Positions 55,871 to 64,000 of a stretch of 64,000 bases of DNA are shown here, in pieces. Source of the stretch: Amphiscolops sp. MND2022 (Eukaryota); contig OZ076409.1 in the NCBI GenBank assembly GCA_964187785.1, positions 42,472,001 through 42,536,000 of the forward strand, in the 5' to 3' direction. The notes beneath the pieces were generated by a model. It was not told the origin of the DNA and did not search any database. It saw only the letters and a program-made list of their open reading frames with translations. Position numbers and translations under genes: made by a program. Every line of letters starts with the position of its first letter. Position 1 is the first letter of the stretch.

Positions 55871-58800
55871 GGAAACAAACTAGGAACAGCATGTGTCCGC
55901 GCCCCGCTCAAGACTCAAAAACAACAACAATACTTGAAAGATTCAACGATTGATTCTCTTTTGAAAGATTTCTCACTTTCACACTACCGAACAAAAGGCT
56001 TCAAAAGGCGTTTTAAAGTTTTCTTTTCACCAAGAACCAAACCTTTTCGGCTTTTTTTGCTACCTCAAACATCAGCACAAAACCAAGGTGAGAAACCATT
56101 TTTGAAAAAGAATTTTTTAAAAAATAGTCGCACATTGCCGAAAAAGCCAGGAGGGGACCCATCGGTCCTCGAATGCTTTTTTCTTGTTTCCAAACACATC
56201 AAAAACTTAAAGGGGACCCTTTTGCAGAAATAAATGTTTCGGAACAAAGTCTCACAATACCGAATAAAGCGCAAAACGTTTTTGATGCAAATAATTTTTG
56301 GTCAAAATTTGAGATGACCAATATGCTAATTTGTAAAAACTTCGATAGTTTCATTTCATCTTCTTGGGCCTGGAGAATGTTGCCAGGCAATTAGAATTAT
56401 GAAAAATAAAAGCAAACAATTGATCAATTTGAATCCGCTGTGGTCGAATGGCTAGAACGTTAGATTGGCACGTAAGGAGGGGTTCGTTTTCTCACGAATA
56501 GTTTTTTTGTTTTGGAAAGAATTTCTACTAATCTTACAAAATCACAATGATAACCTTGAAGAAGTCCTTGCTTTTTCTGTTTATTGTTTTTTTGTTGACG
56601 ATTAATATTTTGTTCTCTGTGTTGTTTCGTTTATAGTATTTGATTTTTCGAACATTCTGCCGTCTAATTGCACTTCAAATTACTCTCGAAAAGAAAAAAT
56701 TTTGCTGCGCTTTGACCTCGCTTTCGTAAAAAAACGATCTATGGGGTTCAAAAGCTATAGTTATGTAGACGTTACATCGCAACAATTTGCGAAAAAAAAT
56801 CAGTTTTTCAAAAATCTTGGACAACCTCGTTTTTTGGTAACATGAATCAATTCTTTCCAACGTTTACGTAACTTTCCGTCGCGAATTGATAATTATTTGA
56901 ATAAAACTGGCTTAAATGATCACCTAGGTAACTTCAGCCTTGATACTGTAGTTGATGAAGAACTTATCAAGAAAAACAAATTAGAAAAAGACTGAACAAC
57001 ACAAGGTTTGCCCGGAAGAACAACATTTTTTAAAAAAAGATACCTCCAGCTGAATTGGAGGCTATCATTAAAAAAGAAAAACTCAAGGGCGGTTTCCTTT
57101 GTTCATTTTTACTCCTTAGCTCTAATAGTGAAAGAATGCAAAGAGTGAGTGTACGTTTTAGAATGGGAATTGTCAAACCCGCTCCTGCATAAATTCATAT
57201 TGCGGTTCAAAGTGGCAAGAATCTAAATGGCAATCACTTTTTTTCTGACCAGAATTGATTTGGTCCTGGAAAAATGCAACCAGTTTCTCCAGAAATATCA
57301 TTTGGATACAATGTCCAAATTTCGGTTGTAGCGCAATTTTATCGGAAAATATGTTATTTCAGATAATACAAACAAGACGCCCGCTAAGCATCGGGATATG
57401 TTCCGCCTTCTTCGCCTTCACCAACTGAGCCATAGCTATTTTGGGAGGGGGGAATACTTTACCTTGGCAGGTCGACACACCATGCGGCGTCTTTTACGAG
57501 GAGGGCTAGGAACTGTGGCCTCTTGTCGAGATCCTGAAATCAGAGATGAGCGAGGCTTGTGATCGATGCTACTGTAACCACTCCATGAGCTGGGTCGTGG
57601 CTCTTCATGCTCAGGACCAGCTAGGCCACTGGTGTTGCGGGTTTTGTAACTTGAGCGGGTGACGTAGTTGGTTCAGTGTCTCTGCAGTACACTATGCTAC
57701 CAAGATCGTCGTCTGAGTTAATAGCCCCGCTTGTATTCCCGTCACTGGTGTGGCCATCCTCACAACTGACGGTAATGTAACGCGAAGCAGCAGCTGACTT
57801 CTTCAACTGTTTTCCTCACTTGTCGGAGACTTCCACAATCTTGATTTGTAATAACAACGATTTCATCATATGGAAGCAGGAAATAATTCTCTCATCTGCG
57901 ATGGTATGATGCACGTGATGCATGTGGGCCTCGCTTAACGCAATCGTTGGGTGCTCGATGGGTAGAGAAATGAGGACGTTGCTTGTGAAGTATAGTCTCG
58001 GATAGTTTCCCAACCAGTAGCATTCAACTCCCGAGGCGTCGAAGCAATGGTTTTCCGATATTGGGCTTGTTCTTCATCGATGGGTCAGGACTCGCTTTGC
58101 AGGCCCCTTCGAAGGAAATGAGGTGGGGCCAAGGATGAGATTCCGGGTAAGGCCAGTGTTCACACCCACCCACTCCAGAGCTGTAATAAAGCTCTTCAAC
58201 TCAACATGGCTTGTGTCAGTTTGCTGTGAGACTTGGGCAGCTAGACGCATGCTGAATTCGTATTGGCTGTCTAGGTCGAACAGACACGCGCGGCCTTCAG
58301 ACATATTTGCAACCACTTGAAATCTTCAAGTTAGATTCAGGTGAAAATAAACACTTGGCGGAACTCTTGAATGCTCTCCGCCGCTTTAGGTAAATGGATG
58401 CTGATCGGTGGTCAACAAAGCCGAAAACGGCTGTCATCAAAGGCTGTTTAGGAAAGTTTCATCAATCGTGTAGTGAAGTTAGACTTCGGACCGATGCTGG
58501 CGCACGTTCAGCCGAATTCAAGAAACCATCCGGCAATTTCGATTGTCCCGACTGTGAACCTGCCACTGTACACCCTATATGCTTGTTCTCTAGGCGTTTA
58601 TGTGTTTAGGTTCATATAACGTATATGGGAAACAAACTAGGAACAGCATGTGTCCGCGCCCCGCTCAAGACTCAAAAACAACAACAATACTTGAAAGATT
58701 CAACAATCGATTCTCTTTTGAAAGATTTCTCATTTTCACACTACCGAACAAAAGGCTCCAAAAGGCGTTTTTAAGTTTTCTTTTCACCAAGAACCAAACC

Positions 58801-61800
58801 TTTTCGGCTTTTTTTGCTACCTCGAACATCAGCACAAAACCAAGGTGAGAAACCATTTTTGAAAAAGAATTTTCTAAAAAATAGTCGCACATTGCCGAAA
58901 AAGCCAGGAGGGGACCCATCGGTCCTTGAATGCTTTTTTTGTTTCCAAACACATCAAAAACTTAAAGGGGACCCTTTTGCAGAAATAAATGTTTCGGAAC
59001 AAAGTCTCACAATACCGAATAAAGCGCAAAACGTTTTTGATGCAAATAATTTTTCGTCAAAATTTGAGATGACCAATATGCTAATTTGTAAAAACTTCGA
59101 TAGTTTCATTTCATCTTCTTGGGCCTGGAGAATGTTGCCAGGCAATTAAAATTACGAAAAATAAAAGCAAACAATTGATCAATTTGAATCCGGTGTGGTC
59201 GAATGGCTAGAACGTTAGATTGGCACGTAAGGAGGGGTTCGTTTTCTCACGAATAATTGTTTTGTTTTGGAAAGAATTTCTACTAATCTTACAAAATCAC
59301 AATGATAACCTTGAAAAAGTCCTTGCTTTTTCTGTTTATTGTTTTTTTGTTGACGATTAATATTTTGTTCTCTGTGTTGTTTCGTATATAGTATTTGATT
59401 TTCGAACATTCTGCCGTCTAATTGCACTTCAAATTACTCTGGAAAAGAAAAAATTTTGCTGTGCTTTGACCTCGCATTCGTAAAAAAACGATCTATGGGG
59501 TTCAAAAGCTATAGTTAGGTAGACGTTACTTCGCAACAATTTGCGAAAAAAAATCAGTTTTTCAAAAACCTTGGACAACCTCGTTTTTTGGTAACATGAA
59601 TCAATTCTTTCCAACGTTTACGTAACTTTCCGTCGCGAATTGATAATTATTTGAATAAAACTGGCTTAAATGATCACCTAAGTAACTTCAGCCTTGATAC
59701 TGTAGTTGATGAAGAACTTATCAAGAAAAACAAATTAGAAAAAGACTGAACAACACAAGGTTTGCCCGGAAGAACAACATTTTTTAAAAAAAAAAAACCT
59801 CCAGCTGAATTGGAGGCTATCATTAAAAATGAAAAACTCAAGGGCGGTTTCCTTTGTTCCTTTTTACTCCTTAGCTCTAATAGTGAAGGAATGCAAAGAG
59901 TGAGTGTACGTTTTAGAATGGGAATTGTCAAACCTGCTCCTGCATAAATTCATATTGCGGTTCAAAGTGGCAAGAATCTAAATGGCAATCACTTTTTTTC
60001 TGACCAGAATTGATTTGGTCCTGGAAAAATGCAACCAGTTTCTCCAGAAATATCATTTGGATACAATGTCCAAATTTCGGTTGTAGCGCAATTTTATCGG
60101 CAATTATGTTATTTCAGATAATACAAACAAGACGCCCGCTAAGCATCGGGATATGTTCCGACTTCTTCGCCTTCACCAACTGAGCCATAGCTATTTTGGG
60201 AGGGGGAATACTTTACCTTGGCAGGTCGACACACCATGCGGCGTCTTTTACGAGGAGGGCTAGGAACTGTGGCCTCTTGTCGAGATCCTGAAATCAGAGA
60301 TGAGCGAGGCTTGTGATCGATGCTACTGTAACCACTCCATGAGCTGGGTCGTGGCTCTTCATGCTCAGGACCAGCTAGGCCACTGGTGTTGCGGGTTTTG
60401 TAACTTGAGCGGGTGACGTAGTTGGTTCAGTGTCTCTGCAGTACACTATGCTACCAGGATCGTCGTCTGAGTTAATAGCCCCGCTTGTATTCCCGTCACT
60501 GGTGTGGCCATCCTCACAACTGACGGTAATGTAACGCGAAGCAGCAGCTGACTTCTTCAACTGTTTTCCTCACTTGTCGTAGACTTCCACAATCTTGATT
60601 TGTAATAACAACGATTTCATCATATGGAAGCAGGAAATAATTCTCTCATCTGCGATGGTATGATGCACGTGATGCATGTGGGCCTCGCTTAACGCAATCG
60701 TTGGGTGCTCGATGGGTAGAGAAATGAGGACGTTGCTTGTGAAGTATAGTCTCGGATAGTTTCCCTACCAGTAGCATTCAACTCCCGAGGCGTCGAAGCA
60801 ATGGTTTTCCGATATTGGGCTTGTTCTTCATCGATGGGCCAGGACTCGCTTTGCAGGCCCCTTCGAAGGAAATGAGGTGGGGCCAAGGATGAGATTCCGG
60901 GTAAGGCCAGTGTTCACACCCACCCACTCCAGAGCTGTAATAAAGCTCTTCAACTCAACATGGCTTGTGTCAGTTTGCTGTGAGACTTGGGCAGCTAGAC
61001 GCATGCTGAATTCGTATTGGCTGTCTAGGTCGAACAGACACGCGCGGCCTTCAGACATATTTGCAACCACTTGGAATCTTCAAGTTAGATTCAGGTGAAA
61101 ATAAACACTTGGCGGAACTCTTGAATGCTCTCCGCCGCTTTAGGTAAATGGATGCTGATCGGTGGTCAACAAAGCCGAAAACGGCTGTCATCAAAGGCTG
61201 TTTAGGAAAGTTTTATCAATCGTGTAGTGAAGTTAGACTTCGGACCGATGCTGGCGCACGTTCAGCCGAATTCAAGAAACCATCCGGCAATTTCGATTGT
61301 CCCGACTGTGAACCTGCCACTGTACACCCTATATGCTTGTTCTCTAGGCGTTTATGTGTTTAGGTTCATATAACGTATATGGGAAACAAACTAGGAACAG
61401 CATGTGTCCGCGCCCCGCTCAAGACTCAAAAACAACAACAATACTTGAAAGATTCAACGATCGATTCTCTTTTGAAAGATTTCTCATTTTCACACTACCG
61501 AACAAAAGGCTTCAAAAGGCGTTTTAAAGTTTTCTTTTCACCAAGAACCAAACCTTTTCGGCTTTTTTTGCTACCTCAAACATCAGCACAAAACCAAGGT
61601 GAGAAACCATTTTTGAAAAAGAATTTTCTAAAAAATAGTCGCACATTGCCGAAAAAGCCAGGAGGGGACCCATCGGTCCTCGAATGCTTTTTTCTTGTTT
61701 CCAAACACATCAAAAACTTAAAGGGGACTCTTTTGCAGAAATAAATGTTTCGGAACAAAGTCTCACAATACCGAATAAAGCGCAAAACGTTTTTGATGCA

Positions 61801-62973
61801 AATAATTTTTCGTCAAAAATTGAGATGACCAATATGCTAATTTGTAAAAACTTCGATAGTTTCATTTCATCTTCTTGGGCCTGGAGAATGTTGCCAGGCA
61901 ATTAAAATTATGAAAAATAAAAGCAAACAATTGATCAATTTGAATCCGCTGTGGTCGAATGGCTAGAACGTTAGATTGGCACGTAAGGAGGGGTTCGTTT
62001 TCTCACGAATAGTTTTTTTGTTTTGGAAAGAATTTCTACTAATCTTACAAAATCACAATGATAACCTTGAAGAAGTCCTTGCTTTTTCTGTTTATTGTTT
62101 TTTTGTTGACGATTAATATTTTGTTCTCTGTGTTGTTTCGTTTATAGTATTTGATTTTTCGAACATTCTGCCGTCTAATTGCACTTCAAATTACTCTCGA
62201 AAAGAAAAAAATTTTGCTGCGCTTTGACCTCGCTTTCGTAAAAAAACGATCTATGGGGTTCAAAAGCTATAGTTATGTAGACGTTACTTCGCAACAATTT
62301 GCGAAAAAAAATCAGTTTTTCAAAAATTTTGGACAACCTCGTTTTTTGGTAACATGAATCAATTCTTTCCAACGTTTACGTAACTTTCCGTCGCGAATTG
62401 ATAAATATTTGAATAAAACTGGCTTAAATGATCACCTAAGTAACTTCAGCCTTGATACTGTAGTTGATGAAGAACTTATCAAGAAAAACAAATTAGAAAA
62501 AAACTGAACAACACAAGGTTTGCCCGGAAGAACAACATTTTTTAAAAAAAGATACCTCCAGCTGAATTGGAGGCTATCATTAAAAATGAAAAACTCAAGG
62601 GCGGTTCCCTTTGTTCCTTTTTACTCCTTAGCTCTAATAGTGAAAGAATGCAAAGAGTGAGTGTACGTTTTAGAATGGGAATTGTCAAACCTGCTCCTGC
62701 ATAAATTCATATTGCGGTTCAAAGTGGCAAGAATCTAAATGGCAATCACAATCACTTTTTTTCTGACCAGAATTGATTTGGTCCTGGAAAAATGCAACCA
62801 GTTTCTCCTTCGATATCATTTGGATACAATGTCCAAATTTCGGTTGTAGCGCAATTTTATCGGCAATTATGTTATTTCAGATAATACAAACAAGACGCCC
62901 GCTAAGCACAGGGATATGTTCCGCCTTCTTCGCCTTCACCAACTGAGCCATAGCTATTTTGGGAGGGGGAATA
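54700..62973. repeat. Tandem triplication, unit about 2.755 kb (starts 54700, 57457, 60211)
   Basis: Three highly similar units. Junction GGGGAATA|CTTTACCTTGG at 57456/57457 and 60210/60211. Confidence 0.97.
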
Positions 62974-63291
62974 GGATAGGATTTAAAGTATAAGATCTAA
63001 AACTTAGTGATTTTAGATCTTATTCCCTTCAGATATTATTCCCGTCCTAAAATTTTTGATCTTATTCCCTTTAGATCTCATTCCCAGTTTTACTTTGGAG
63101 ACTATAACCCCTCTAAGCTGTTTTAGTTACTTGACTATTTAGTTACTAGTAACTTAAATAGTCAAGTAGCTATCAAAAACAGTCAAGTAGTGAAGTGAAT
63201 TGAGGACCTCGGAGGAGATTTGTTAGAATTTGGAAAAAAACGCATCACAGATCATGATTTTCCGCCCCCATTTAATGTGGGCGAAATATAA
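62889..63291 (-). mobile_element. Family C element, complete; its 3' 85 bp recur at the end of each triplication unit
   Basis: Reverse-complement homology to 38506-38828, including both termini. Confidence 0.65.
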
Positions 63292-63530
63292 AAAGATACA
63301 AAAAGTCGAACCCAATATAATATATTGAAACTTATTGTTGTTCAATTTGGAAAGAATAAAAAAAAACTGGGGCCTCAGTGGGATTCAATCCTACGTTTTT
63401 TTTGCTTCGATAACCCCGCACTCTACCTACTGGGCCTATTATGTCGCGTTAAGACTAACGCCTAATCGAAAATTTAAAAGCAAGTGCAACAATAAAAACG
63501 CTCAACAAAAAAAACCGGGGCTACAGTGCC

Positions 63531-63695
63531 GTTTGTATTCAAAAAACACCTGCATAAATACAAAGCATAACAATAGCCTTTGTGCAACAGCGCAGTTTAT
63601 GATTAAAAAACACCTGAAGTAATAAAATATTAAACATTCTTCCCCGGGCTTCAAGCAGTTTGTATTCAAAAAACACCTGCAAAAACAAAGCAGGA
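63531..63695. repeat. About 63-bp degenerate tandem repeat (GTTTGTATTCAAAAAACACCTG) x3
   Basis: Motif at about 63531, 63596 and 63658. Confidence 0.6.
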
Positions 63696-64000
63696 AATTT
63701 AACTAACCTGGAGAAGAAAAAAATGGAGATTATATAATAGATGAAGTAGGACGGCTGGCAGAAAAAAGGGAGGCCGCAAAATAATAAAATAATTATTAGA
63801 GGAATACAACTACCGCGGGATTGCACAATTGAAAAACCCTATTATTTATCGCGAAGATTCAAATCTCAAGCTAAGCTGTGGTTGGTTGAATGCAGAACAT
63901 GCCGGCCAGGCACCTCAGTAGAAGTGCTGAACTGTTTTTATACGGCGTGTACAGGCCTGAGCTTCATTCTTCTAGCCAACCGGCAAAACTTCAACTCAAA

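Overview
This is AT-rich animal genomic DNA with one 200-N scaffold gap at 30075-30274. The strongly divergent histones suggest a fast-evolving invertebrate lineage such as an acoel, but that is inference only. Contents: (1) a three-exon NK2.1-class homeobox gene on the minus strand (12703-9826, about 384 aa) with a transposon-poor downstream region; (2) a tandem, co-oriented core-histone array (H4-H2B-H3-H2A, about 3634-bp unit, no H1) of at least 2.3 units running into the gap; (3) decayed CR1/L2-type LINEs, a large decayed Gypsy LTR element with nested insertions, LTR fragments, TA-flanked MITEs and several families of Helentron/DINE-1-like non-autonomous elements; (4) a 3x tandem repeat of about 2.755 kb at 54700-62973. 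The most striking structure is around the histone array. It starts mid-H4, fused to a non-autonomous hAT element. A second, inverted copy of that element with the same 19-bp outer flank lies on the far side of the gap and is followed by a 276-bp spacer-less palindrome. This makes the array a candidate transposon-mobilised (composite or alternative transposition) histone cluster next to a developmental homeobox gene. All calls were made by eye, without database searches.
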